From contig CAVUZH010000024.1 in the NCBI GenBank assembly GCA_963745835.1, positions 256,001 through 320,000 of the forward strand: a stretch of DNA of 64,000 nucleotides, given 5' to 3'. This stretch comes from an uncultured delta proteobacterium (GTDB lineage Bacteria; Desulfobacterota; Binatia; UBA9968). The translations under genes were made by a program, and so were the position numbers. The notes beneath the pieces are model-generated. The model did no database searches and was not told the origin of the DNA. It saw only the letters and a list, made by a program, of their open reading frames with translations. Positions 41,448-50,949 of the stretch are shown one piece after another (the stretch's first letter is position 1; each line of letters starts with the position of its first letter).

Positions 41448-42614
41448 TCAATTGGCTGCCATCAGCCGGATCCCATAAAGCTTCGAGACATTCACGTCGA
41501 GCTTACGCCAGCTATCACCGGCATCGTTGCTCGCATAGATCGAACCGTCGGTATAGCTCACGCACACGGTCTTGCCATCCTGCGGATGCAAAGCAAAGCC
41601 GCAAGTCATGTGTGGGTAAGATTGCGGCAATCCGTTGTTCAGGCGGCGCCAGGTTTCTCCGGCATCATCGCTGCGCAAGATTCCGGTTTTCGCGCCGCCG
41701 AGTTTCTCCGAAGTATCCCGACTGAACTTGATCGTATTATACGGCCCGGCGCGCACCGTGCGGTGACCGAGCCATGAGGTTGGTCCATTTTCAGCCGCGC
41801 CAAGAAATATTCTGTCCGGTGCGTCGCGATGGATTGCAATCGGAATGGCGTAGGCCCGCCCCATACCGTACTCCGCCTTGCTCCAGGATTTACCGTCGTC
41901 GTCGGAGCGGTAAGTGCCGATGCCGGTGGTTGCATAGAGTCGATTCGTTTTACGTGGATGACGCAGAACCCAGTGCACGTCGCGGTAGACTCGACCCTCT
42001 TCATGCTGTCCCATCTGGTAGGGCTTGATACCCGCCGGATCGTTGTACTCCGGATAGGCCATCGCACTCTGCGGACCGCTGATATCCTGCCAACTCTCGC
42101 CGCGATCCCGGCTGCACGCGATACCGCCTTCTTCGATACCGACGATGATCTCGTCCGGGAACCGCGCGTCCAGCGCAAAGCAACGAATGTGAGCCGTGTG
42201 CGGCGCCGGAGGAAAAGTCCATTTGCCATATTCAGGCAACTTGCGAAATGCGGAGAGCTCTCGAAACGAGCGGCCGCCATTTTCGCTGACGTAGACAGCG
42301 GCGGGCAATGTGCCGACATAGATTTGGTCGCACCGGCTGGGGTCGACCTCCATCGCCCAGATATCGCGGAAATCGATGCCTCCAGAGGGAAGCCACTTCC
42401 AATGCGCGCCGCCATCTTCGCTGACGTGGATTTCCGTCATTGTCGCCGCATAAAGATGATTTCGCTCGAAAGGATCTTGGACCACCTCACGAAGAACTTC
42501 GCCAGCCAACGCGCTATTAAGAATTTCAACATGCTCCGATCGACCGTCCCAGCCGCAGCGGATCAGTCCTTCCGCCGTGAGCAAATACAGATGGAGTTCG
42601 TTACTCGTAACCAT
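41448..42614 (-). CDS. BNR/Asp-box beta-propeller protein
   Basis: Repeated S.DGG..W motifs (SEDGGAHW, SENGGRSF, SRDRGESW, SDDDGKSW, SDDAGETW, SNDAGDSW); no signal peptide. Confidence 0.85.
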   Translation of the reverse strand: MVTSNELHLYLLTAEGLIRCGWDGRSEHVEILNSALAGEVLREVVQDPFERNHLYAATMTEIHVSEDGGAHWKWLPSGGIDFRDIWAMEVDPSRCDQIYVGTLPAAVYVSENGGRSFRELSAFRKLPEYGKWTFPPAPHTAHIRCFALDARFPDEIIVGIEEGGIACSRDRGESWQDISGPQSAMAYPEYNDPAGIKPYQMGQHEEGRVYRDVHWVLRHPRKTNRLYATTGIGTYRSDDDGKSWSKAEYGMGRAYAIPIAIHRDAPDRIFLGAAENGPTSWLGHRTVRAGPYNTIKFSRDTSEKLGGAKTGILRSDDAGETWRRLNNGLPQSYPHMTCGFALHPQDGKTVCVSYTDGSIYASNDAGDSWRKLDVNVSKLYGIRLMAAN

Positions 42615-42725
42615 AGCGGCACCTCCCATTAACAAAATTCCAAGTTTATACCCATTAAGATCAACGCGATGACTGAATAGTTGAGCCAGGCACCTGGATT
42701 CTTCCCTCGTTCATCACAGTGTATC

Positions 42726-42924
42726 TTAGCCGGCTATTTCTTCGGACTTGAAGCCTACGACTGCGTGGCTGCCATCGCAGGAAGGTTTGCTCTTTGTTGG
42801 CCGCAACGACAGAGATAAACCGGATCTCCAGCATCGGCGTATTCTTTGCCTTTATAGTCCAACACTTTCACTGCGCCTGAGATTTCCAATGGACCGTTTT
42901 TCAATCCTTTAACAGCACCGCCAC
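42726..42924 (-). CDS. CDGSH iron-sulfur domain protein (frameshifted; absent from ORF track)
   Basis: AAGGAG RBS; KGLKNGPLEISGAVKVLDYKGKEY...VYLCRCGQ/KSKPSCDGSHAVVGFKSEEIAG*. Confidence 0.8.
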
Positions 42925-43036
42925 CGGTTTCTCCTTTCGCGCCAAGCCGACGCTACTACAGAACGTGTTTCATGAAAAGGTTGTCTTTAAGTGCACGGCT
43001 CAGTATAGATTGGAGCAACATTTCGGAGGCAAACCC

Positions 43037-44047
43037 ATGCAACTTCCACCCGTGGCCGCCACGACCGTCGGCAGTTTTCCGCGTCCCGCTTGGCTGGCGA
43101 AATCGGAACGCACTCAGGTCAGGTTTCATTGGCAAGGCGACGCGCTCAAAGAGGCGCAGGACGATGCCACTCGCTTGATCCTGCAAACCCAGCAACAGAT
43201 CGGCCTCGATTTGCTGACCGACGGAGAACAACGACGGATCGGCTTTATTCACCACATCCTGGCCGCGTTCGAAGGGATCGATGTCGAAAACCAAGCAGTT
43301 AAAAAGATCTATCGCCGCCGTGAGCAGGAACACCTGGTGCCGCGCATCATCGGCAAGGTCACTCGACGCGGGTCGGTCAACGTCGAAGATTTGCGTTTCG
43401 CCAAGCGGCAAACCAGCAAACCGATCAAGATGGCCGTCCCCGGACCGATGACGGTGATCGACAGCACATTGGACGAGACCTACAACGATGAACCCGCTCT
43501 CGCCATGGACATCGCCGCCGCGATCAACTCAGAGCTATTGGAGCTGCAAGCGTCCGGATGCGATGTATTGCAAATCGACGAGCCGGCCATGACCCGCTAC
43601 CATGAAAAGGTGTTTGCGTATGGCGCCCGGGCGCTGGATCGTTGCCTCGAAGACATTCGGATTCCGACGATTGTGCATCTCTGCTACGGCTATCCCGGCG
43701 GAGCTGATCGGCAACATCAGTACGAGTATCCGGAATTGCTGGAAGAGTTAATGAAAACCAAGATCGGCGGTTTCGCCGTCGAGTTTGCGAGAAGCGCTTA
43801 CGACCCAGCGGTGCTGGGCATCTGCAAGGGTCGCAAGATCATGTTCGGCTGCGTCGATCCCAGTGATTCCCCGGTGCCGCCGGTAGAAACGGTTGTGCAG
43901 CGCGTGCGCCACGCTCTCAAATACATCGATCCGGCAAATCTGCTCTTGGCGCCGGACTGCGGCTTGATGACCATCAGCCGGGAACTCGCCGATGCCAAAG
44001 CGAAGCTGCTCGTCGACGTTGCAAAAGAGGTGCGCAAGACGATCTAA
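43037..44047 (+). CDS. Cobalamin-independent methionine synthase II family (C-terminal domain only)
   Basis: TTVGSFPRP, TDGEQRR, PGPMT, QIDEP; Zn ligands HLC, E, PDCG. Confidence 0.88.
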   Translation: MQLPPVAATTVGSFPRPAWLAKSERTQVRFHWQGDALKEAQDDATRLILQTQQQIGLDLLTDGEQRRIGFIHHILAAFEGIDVENQAVKKIYRRREQEHLVPRIIGKVTRRGSVNVEDLRFAKRQTSKPIKMAVPGPMTVIDSTLDETYNDEPALAMDIAAAINSELLELQASGCDVLQIDEPAMTRYHEKVFAYGARALDRCLEDIRIPTIVHLCYGYPGGADRQHQYEYPELLEELMKTKIGGFAVEFARSAYDPAVLGICKGRKIMFGCVDPSDSPVPPVETVVQRVRHALKYIDPANLLLAPDCGLMTISRELADAKAKLLVDVAKEVRKTI

Positions 44048-44068
44048 ATGTAAATTTAACAGACACCA

Positions 44069-44344
44069 ATGGCGGAAAGAAAAGCCCGCAACCAAAATCA
44101 CCCAAGAAAGAAAACTCGCGCATGTCCCGAGTGCGGCTCGGTTGAGATCATACCGATCGTCCACGGCATTCCGAGCCCAGCATTGCAAAAACTCATCGAC
44201 AAAGGCGACGCGATCATTGCCGATCGCGAAGAATGGGAAGGCATGAGCGAGTGGTACTGCAAAGCTTGCGGCTGCGATTGGAGCGGCGAGTGGCGCCGGT
44301 TCAAAATGCCCGGCGGCGTAAACGCGACTCGGGTGAAGAAATAA
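44069..44344 (+). CDS. Small Zn-ribbon hypothetical protein
   Basis: CPECGS.EIIPIVHG.P...WYCKACG. Confidence 0.7.
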   Translation: MAERKARNQNHPRKKTRACPECGSVEIIPIVHGIPSPALQKLIDKGDAIIADREEWEGMSEWYCKACGCDWSGEWRRFKMPGGVNATRVKK

Positions 44345-44374
44345 CATGGCCTCTTTGTCAACGGTCTTGCGACG

Positions 44375-45367
44375 ATGAAGAAACTTGCCGCAATCGTTAT
44401 CCTTGTGCTGATTTTTTTGACCGCAGCAAATTCGCTTTGGCCTTCCAAGGCATTCGGCCAAAGCATTTCTGATAAGAGAACTCCCGTCAGCGTCATCTAT
44501 GAAGCTGTCGCGGCGACGAACGCGACGCTCTGGCTGATGGAAGATGCTCGGCTTTTTGAAAAATACGGTCTCAACGCCAACGTCATTCACGCCCGTGGCG
44601 CAGTACCGGTGCAGGCGCTGGTGAGCAACTCGGTAGAATTCGGCGCCTTCGGCGGACCCTCCGCGGTTGCTGCGGTTCTGGCCGGCAGCGACCTCGTATT
44701 TATCGCAGCCAAAGGCAATTTCGCGGTGATGTCTATTTGGGTGCGTCAAGATTCGCCGATCAAGACCATCGGCGATTTGAAGGGCAAAACTCTAGGGGTA
44801 ACCCGAGCGGGCTCCGCGAGCCACACCATTGCTCGCTTAGCCCTGAAATCCGGCGGCATCGGCGAGAGCGAGGTCAAGTACCTACACCATCCCGGCTTAC
44901 CGGAAGCTTTTATTTCACTCGATCGAGGTCTGGTCGATGCGAGCTTTGGCTCACCGCCTCGTCCGGGGTTTCGAGAGCTGGTCGATTTGTCCTCATTGAA
45001 AATTCCGTTCCTGCAAGGAGCTATCGAGGTGCAGCGCAATTTTCTCCGGAACCGGCGCGATACAGCGCTCAATCTTTTACGGGCATACGTTGAGAGCATC
45101 AAGCTTGCGAAAGAAAAACCCGAGCTCATCATCGCTTCGATCGCAAAACGCATGAGAGTCTCGGCTGATATCGTGCGGCCAGCGTATCAGCCGCACGCGA
45201 ATGTTTTTGAAGAAATTCCCTATGTGCGAAAGGATTCGGTGCAAGCCATTCTGGATCTTTATCCCAAGGACCAGCTTCGCGTACCGTTCGAAAAGCTCGT
45301 CGACAACAGCTTGCTGCAGCAGCTTGAAGACAGCGGATTTATCAAAGCGCTATATCGCAAGGATTAA
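44375..45367 (+). CDS. Substrate-binding protein, NMT1/THI5-SsuA family
   Basis: Signal peptide, DLKGKTLGVTRAGS, DNSLLQQLEDSGFIKALY. Confidence 0.9.
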   Translation: MKKLAAIVILVLIFLTAANSLWPSKAFGQSISDKRTPVSVIYEAVAATNATLWLMEDARLFEKYGLNANVIHARGAVPVQALVSNSVEFGAFGGPSAVAAVLAGSDLVFIAAKGNFAVMSIWVRQDSPIKTIGDLKGKTLGVTRAGSASHTIARLALKSGGIGESEVKYLHHPGLPEAFISLDRGLVDASFGSPPRPGFRELVDLSSLKIPFLQGAIEVQRNFLRNRRDTALNLLRAYVESIKLAKEKPELIIASIAKRMRVSADIVRPAYQPHANVFEEIPYVRKDSVQAILDLYPKDQLRVPFEKLVDNSLLQQLEDSGFIKALYRKD

Positions 45368-45468
45368 CTCCTTGAGCGAAGCTATCCGTCCGGGTGCGGC
45401 ATACTGAAAATTTTTGGGACCATGCCCATGGAACAGAGTAATTTGCGCTGAAACGAACTCCAAAAGGT

Positions 45469-46122
45469 CTATTTACCGGCAAGAAGCCCGCAGTTTATCC
45501 CCGCTCCCTCTTCTTGCACCAAAACCGTTGTGCATTGAAAAGTCTGGCCTTGCGGAGTTTTCACCAAAGTAAAGTTTTTTTGATCAATGACGGTATAGCC
45601 GCCCACGTTGATGCTCGGAACGGCAACGTCCGCCGCACCGTTCGGCGAGAAAGTATCGATTGCCATGGTCAGCAAACCTACGGTGGCGACACTTTCAACC
45701 ATCTGCTGCGGCTCCGCCTGCGGCTGTGAGGTACTGCGCGCAGCGACCTGTCCTTTGACGATCGTCGTGAGCGCATCGATGTCCGAATTGATGCCAACTA
45801 ACTCCTGCTTGACCTCCGCGACACGGTCAGGCCGCAACGAGTTTGCCCTCAAAACGATCAGATACTCTCTTCTCTTGACGTCGAGTTCCACCAGCCGATT
45901 AAACTCTTTCGAACCGCCCATGGTCATCAGAAAGGTTGTCCTGATGGTATTGCCGACCTTTTGTCGCTCCGGCCAGCGCGCCTCCTGTGCCTCGAGTCGT
46001 TCCATCTCGTCATGATAACCATTCAAGCCGGTGACGAGGGTCATGCCGGGAGAGACACTTTTCGATGAACAAGCGCCCAGAATCAACAACAGAAACAAGT
46101 AGCGAGTCTTGTAAGTTTTCAT
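45469..46122 (-). CDS. Hypothetical lipoprotein
   Basis: Lipobox LGAC after a basic/hydrophobic N-terminus. Confidence 0.75.
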   Translation of the reverse strand: MKTYKTRYLFLLLILGACSSKSVSPGMTLVTGLNGYHDEMERLEAQEARWPERQKVGNTIRTTFLMTMGGSKEFNRLVELDVKRREYLIVLRANSLRPDRVAEVKQELVGINSDIDALTTIVKGQVAARSTSQPQAEPQQMVESVATVGLLTMAIDTFSPNGAADVAVPSINVGGYTVIDQKNFTLVKTPQGQTFQCTTVLVQEEGAGINCGLLAGK

Positions 46123-46550
46123 GGAGAGTCCTTCCGTGTCTTTGAGCAGGCAAGATTAGCGAGATTTTAACACAACAGAAAAAGCGGGTGTGAGCTTTTT
46201 GGTAGGTCTCGAGAAAGCGCAGGTGCTGCAGCTTTGGAGAGTTCACATCTTGCTCCGGGGAAGAACATACCAAATTGATCGAGGCGACAAGCGGCGAGAA
46301 AAGCCCGCAAACTCGGCTAAATCTTTGATCGTTCCAACTTTTGAGCCACCAGCGGACGCAGATTCGAGAGTCGAATGTTGTCCTCTCACATCCACATAAT
46401 CAATCCGTGCCTAACGTCTGGACCGGTGCCTGCTTTCGTTATAAAGAAAGCATGAAGCGCGGCGCGGTAGTGAGAAGAAATTAGATGGGCCTTTAAACCG
46501 CAGCAACTGGAACGAGCAGCGATTGTCTTGAACTAGTAGAGGGAGAATTC

Positions 46551-47642
46551 ATGAGCATACCCACCGAACAGAAAATCATTGACGGCGACGGCCACGTTGT
46601 CGAAGACATCGCCACGATCTGGAAATACATGCCGGAGCAGTACGTCGGCAGGAGTTTTTCCGATGCCCGCAGCAAGAGTCCTTTTCCACCCATCGATCAT
46701 ATGCACACCGCAAATCGCCATTTCACCCCGCGCGGCGCGTTTGCCAACGTCGGCCGCGAAGGTTGGGAGTTGTTTCTCGATGATGTCGGCATCGGCACGA
46801 CGGTGCTTTACACCAGCGCGGGACTGGCGTTTGGCAAAATCGTCAGCCGTGATTGGGCCATCGAGCTGGCCCGCGCCTACAACAATTGGATCTACGATAC
46901 CTACGTCTCCAAGAGCCCGCGCTTCAAAGCCATGGGACTCATTCCATTACAAGAACCTGCCGAAGCGATGATCGAATTGCGGCGCATCGTCCGCGATCTG
47001 GGTTTTTGCGGCGCGATGTTGCCGTCGATGGGCGCGAATATGCCGCACCTCGGATCCGAGAAATACTGGCCGATCTACGGTGAGGCCGAACGCCTTGGCT
47101 GCGCCATCGCCATACACGGCGGCGCCCATGAAGGCCTCCTTATGGACGATCTAAGTCCCTACGCGCCGGTCAATGCGCTGGGCCACCCGATGGGACAGAT
47201 GATCGCATTCGCCGGGATTATCTTTAACGGCATTTTTGACAAATTTCCTGGACTCCGAATCGGGTTTATGGAGGCAGGTTCGGCATGGCTCCTGACATGC
47301 CTCGAGCGGTTCACCGGCTCCTGGGAAAGCCATGTTCAATTCGATCCTCGCGGCCGTTTCCTCCAACTGAGAAAAGGCGAAAAAATTATCGACTATGTCT
47401 GTCGGCACATCGATGAAGGCCGCATTTATCTCGGCGTCGAAGGCGAAGAATTAACCATCGCGGAAGCGCTGCGCATTGTCGGCAACAAGCCGTTTGTTTA
47501 TTCAACCGACTATCCTCACGAAGTCGATGCCGACACCTGCAAACACGAACTGGAAGAATTGCGCGAGAACACCGAGCTGACGGTCGCGGATAAAGAAGCG
47601 ATCCTGTTTGGTAATGCGCAACGATTCTATCAGCTGCTTTAG
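46551..47642 (+). CDS. Amidohydrolase_2 family protein
   Basis: IIDGDGHV, IAIHGG, FMEAGSAW, YSTDYPHE, GNAQRFY. Confidence 0.92.
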   Translation: MSIPTEQKIIDGDGHVVEDIATIWKYMPEQYVGRSFSDARSKSPFPPIDHMHTANRHFTPRGAFANVGREGWELFLDDVGIGTTVLYTSAGLAFGKIVSRDWAIELARAYNNWIYDTYVSKSPRFKAMGLIPLQEPAEAMIELRRIVRDLGFCGAMLPSMGANMPHLGSEKYWPIYGEAERLGCAIAIHGGAHEGLLMDDLSPYAPVNALGHPMGQMIAFAGIIFNGIFDKFPGLRIGFMEAGSAWLLTCLERFTGSWESHVQFDPRGRFLQLRKGEKIIDYVCRHIDEGRIYLGVEGEELTIAEALRIVGNKPFVYSTDYPHEVDADTCKHELEELRENTELTVADKEAILFGNAQRFYQLL

Positions 47643-47801
47643 CAGACCGGCGAAAAAGACTCGTATGCTTTCTAAAGATGAATTATGAAAGCTGAAAACT
47701 GAATTCCGCTTTCAGATTTCCGCTTTCATCCTTATGATTCGCGCATCGCATCCGAGATCTTTTTGAGCAGTCTGCAAGTTACTTCTTTATCACATTGTTA
47801 G
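47639..47801 (-). mobile_element. MITE-like element, copy 4 (degenerate; core replaced by 7-nt repeats)
   Basis: TTAGCAGACCGGCGAAAAAGACTCGTATGCTT...GATCTTTTTGAGCAGTCTGCAAG...TTGTTAG. Confidence 0.6.
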
Positions 47802-47818
47802 TTTTGGGAGATAAATCG

Positions 47819-48937
47819 ATGGGACAATATAAACCAAAAATAATCGATGGCGACGGACACGTCGTCGAAGATCACTCCGCCATCTCGGCGCGCATGCCCG
47901 AAGAGTATCGCGGCCGTTTCGGCTCGGGCCGTTCACCGTATCCACCAAACGATCATCTTCATGCGGCTAACGCCCATTTTCTTCCGCCCGGCGCGTTCGC
48001 CAAGGTTGGCCGCGAAGGTTGGCTCGAATTCATGGAGGATGTCGGTCTCGACAGCGCGGTATTGTATCCGACCAACGGGTTGTCCTTCGGACGCGTGGTC
48101 AGCAAAGACTGGGCGATCGAATTGGCGCGCGCCTATAACGACTGGATGCACGACGAATACATCAGCAAGAGTTCCCGCTTCCAAGCCTTAGGGTTGATTC
48201 CGCTCCAGGAACCGGCCGAAGCCGTGCAAGAACTTCGCCGCATCGTCAAAGAGCTCGGCTTCTGCGGCGCCATGCTGCCAAGCACCGGCCCGATGCAAAG
48301 CCAGAATCATCTTGGCGATGAGCGCTACTGGCCGATCTACGACGAGGCGAATCGTCTTGGCTGTGCCATCGGCATCCACGGCGGCGTTCACGATCATATG
48401 GGTCTCGATGACATGAGTCCTTACGCCCCGGTCAACGCTCTGGGCCATCCATTCGGTCAGATGGTGAACTTCGCCGGCGTTCTCTTTAACGGCATCTTCG
48501 ACAAGTATCCCAATGCGCGGTTTGGTTTCATGGAAGCCGGCGCTGGCTGGTTCGTCAATTGTGTGGAGCGTTTTGAGCGCTCCTGGAATAGCCACGTGCA
48601 GTACGATCCCCGGTCTCGCTTCTTGAAATTTCGCGACAAGGAATCGATTACCGATTACATCAAACGCCATGTCGATGAGGGTCGGATCTTCATCGGTGTT
48701 GAAGGGGATGAATTGACACTGCCCTTCGCCGTCAGCATCGTCGGCAACAAGCCATTTATTTTTTCGTCTGATTTTCCCCACGAGGTCAACAACGATACCT
48801 GCAAGGCGGAACTCGAAGAACTGAATGAGAATAAACGGCTTACTGAAGACGACAAGGACGCAATTCGCTACCGCAACGCGGAACGTTTCTATGGGTTGAG
48901 GCCCAATAAAGGCGACCCAACACTTCGATCGAACTGA
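47819..48937 (+). CDS. Amidohydrolase_2 family protein, tandem paralog of 46551..47642
   Basis: Shared VGREGW, DWAIELARAY, SPYAPVNALGHP, VGNKPF. Confidence 0.92.
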   Translation: MGQYKPKIIDGDGHVVEDHSAISARMPEEYRGRFGSGRSPYPPNDHLHAANAHFLPPGAFAKVGREGWLEFMEDVGLDSAVLYPTNGLSFGRVVSKDWAIELARAYNDWMHDEYISKSSRFQALGLIPLQEPAEAVQELRRIVKELGFCGAMLPSTGPMQSQNHLGDERYWPIYDEANRLGCAIGIHGGVHDHMGLDDMSPYAPVNALGHPFGQMVNFAGVLFNGIFDKYPNARFGFMEAGAGWFVNCVERFERSWNSHVQYDPRSRFLKFRDKESITDYIKRHVDEGRIFIGVEGDELTLPFAVSIVGNKPFIFSSDFPHEVNNDTCKAELEELNENKRLTEDDKDAIRYRNAERFYGLRPNKGDPTLRSN

Positions 48938-48970
48938 CCAAACGAATATCAATCAGTTGCGGAGTCAACC

Positions 48971-49975
48971 GTGAAAACAAAATCTTCTCGAGCAGGCAAC
49001 CGCTTCGTCATTTTAGCGACGGCTTTGTTTCTCGAACTGCTTTCCAGCACCGGAACGCAAGCGCAGAGCCTCACCACGTTTCGCATCGCCAACGGTACGT
49101 CAGGCGAGACCCCGGCGGTTCTTTGGGTCGGCGTCGATCAAGGATTTTACCGCAAGCACGGCCTCAATGTGGAAGCGATCTTCATGCGGAGCGGGCCGCT
49201 GGCAATGTCGGCGCTTGCCTCAGCCGACGTTCAAATGGTTTTTACCAGTTCCAACAATGTCCTGAACGTGGCCGCCGGAGGAATGGATGCTGCGGTGATA
49301 GGCACGGTTGTCGGCCGGCCCGAAGGCGACTTTATGGCGCGACCGGAAATCAAAAAACCCGAAGAGCTTAGAGGCAAGCAACTCGCCATCCAAAGCATCG
49401 GCGGCGGCGGTTGGGCTAACAATATGCTCGCGCTCGATTATCTCGGTTTAGATCCCGAACGCGACAACATCCGCTTCATCGTTCTCGGGGATCAACCCTC
49501 GCGAATTCAGGCGCTCGAAACCGGGCGCGCCCAAGCTTCATGGATGGGCTCAACATTTAGCGCGCCGCTTAAAAAGAAAGGCTACACGGTGTTGCTTGAT
49601 TTGGCGCGCGCGCCCATATCCTACTTGGGAACGTCTTTGGTCGCCCGCAAGAGCGCGGTTCGCCAGGAGCCCAAACTATACGAATCGATGCTGAAAGGCA
49701 CGATCGACGCGATGCGATTTTTCATGAAACCGGAAAATAAACCCGCGGTATTGCAGACCATGGCCAGGGTCCTGCGTCTCCCTCGCACCGAGGACGCCGA
49801 GAACGGTTACAATGCTTTGGTGTCAGTCTACACCAACGATATGAGACCCAAGGTCGAGGGTGTAAAGAAAATTCATTCGATTCTCGCGCGCACCAATCCG
49901 AAGCTGCAGAAACTTAAATCGGAAGAGATCATCGACGATTCATTGGTTCGCAAAATAGTTGAAAGCGGCTATTAA
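48971..49975 (+). CDS. Substrate-binding protein, NMT1/THI5-SsuA family
   Basis: GTG start with GGAG RBS; QGFYRKHGLNVE, ELRGKQLAIQSIGG, IIDDSLV. Confidence 0.9.
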   Translation: MKTKSSRAGNRFVILATALFLELLSSTGTQAQSLTTFRIANGTSGETPAVLWVGVDQGFYRKHGLNVEAIFMRSGPLAMSALASADVQMVFTSSNNVLNVAAGGMDAAVIGTVVGRPEGDFMARPEIKKPEELRGKQLAIQSIGGGGWANNMLALDYLGLDPERDNIRFIVLGDQPSRIQALETGRAQASWMGSTFSAPLKKKGYTVLLDLARAPISYLGTSLVARKSAVRQEPKLYESMLKGTIDAMRFFMKPENKPAVLQTMARVLRLPRTEDAENGYNALVSVYTNDMRPKVEGVKKIHSILARTNPKLQKLKSEEIIDDSLVRKIVESGY

Positions 49976-50119
49976 CTGCTCTACCTATCGCGGCGAAGAA
50001 ACCGGCGTTCGAGACTGATCTAGGAAAAGCTTCGATTGCGCGGCAATCCAGGATCGGCCTTAATTTTCGGCGAATAGTTTGCCGCTTTGGCGAGGGGCAA
50101 AACGAAGCGGGAATGTCGT

Positions 50120-50311
50120 TTACTGAGAACGCTTTTTCTGGAGATTGGAATTTTTCTTTAGCCAGTTCTCGATCAACTTCTTTTTAAAGCGCCACTGGTT
50201 GCCAACCTTGAAAGCCGGCAACTCCCTATCGGCTAACAAGCGGTAGACTGTAAACTTATCGACATTGAGATACTTGGCAACCTGCTCTAGCGTCATCAGT
50301 TGTTCTGGCAT
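50120..50311 (-). CDS. Excisionase/MerR-like HTH_17 DNA-binding protein
   Basis: LMTLEQVAKYLNVDKFTVYRL...LPAFKVGNQWRF. Confidence 0.88.
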   Translation of the reverse strand: MPEQLMTLEQVAKYLNVDKFTVYRLLADRELPAFKVGNQWRFKKKLIENWLKKNSNLQKKRSQ

Positions 50312-50550
50312 GTTCGTAGCCCTCTTTGGACCTTATCTGATCCCGATGGCGTGGCTCCACACAAAACGCTTAGAGTCCCATAAATTAGGGAGTGTCAAAT
50401 ATTCTAAATGGCAGGCAAGGTCAAGGCCCGGTGGGACGAACGCGGCGAAATCCTCCCGGTCTGTTTGATGAGCTAGCTAATGTAAGAACCGTTTACAGTC
50501 TCCCCGATCTGAAAGGCACGGCATCGACAGGATGCCGTGCTTTGATTTGG

Positions 50551-50898
50551 CTACGATTTAGCCGCACATACGGTGATTTCGACGAGAGTGCCCGGCGTGA
50601 GCGCCGCGCCCACCGCCGTCCTCGTCGGAAGGTTCGACCTATCGACCCAGGCCATCCAGGCTTCATTCATCTCATCCTTCAGCGCGGCATCAGCCATATA
50701 GACCGTCGCGCTGAGAATTCGAGATTTGTTGGTACCCGCCTTTGCCAGCACCGCATCGATCTTGCGCAAGACCTCTTCGGTTTGTCCTTTCATCGGCAGC
50801 GATTTGTTATCGGCGACGGTGCCCGAAAGAAAAACCAGATCTCCAAAGACAGCCGCGCTACAGTTCCATTCACGTGGATTGATCCGTTGTATATCCAT
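50551..50898 (-). CDS. RidA/YjgF family protein (YoaB-like)
   Basis: LVFLSG, KAGTNKSRILSATVY, MNEAWMAW...PTRTAV, LVEI. Confidence 0.9.
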   Translation of the reverse strand: MDIQRINPREWNCSAAVFGDLVFLSGTVADNKSLPMKGQTEEVLRKIDAVLAKAGTNKSRILSATVYMADAALKDEMNEAWMAWVDRSNLPTRTAVGAALTPGTLVEITVCAAKS

Positions 50899-50949
50899 GA
50901 TCTCTCTTCTCCTTTTAAGGTTTGAACTGCTTGAACGATTTGAATTTTT

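Noticed and set aside
43748-44749. Long antisense ORFs (333 aa here; also 14688..15356, 41829..42632, 48188..48952)
   Set aside because: Shadow frames of GC-rich genes with clear motifs on another frame or strand; no family signatures
50120-50311. Prophage/ICE excisionase marking a mobile element
   Set aside because: No integrase, att site or phage genes nearby; stand-alone HTH_17 proteins are common
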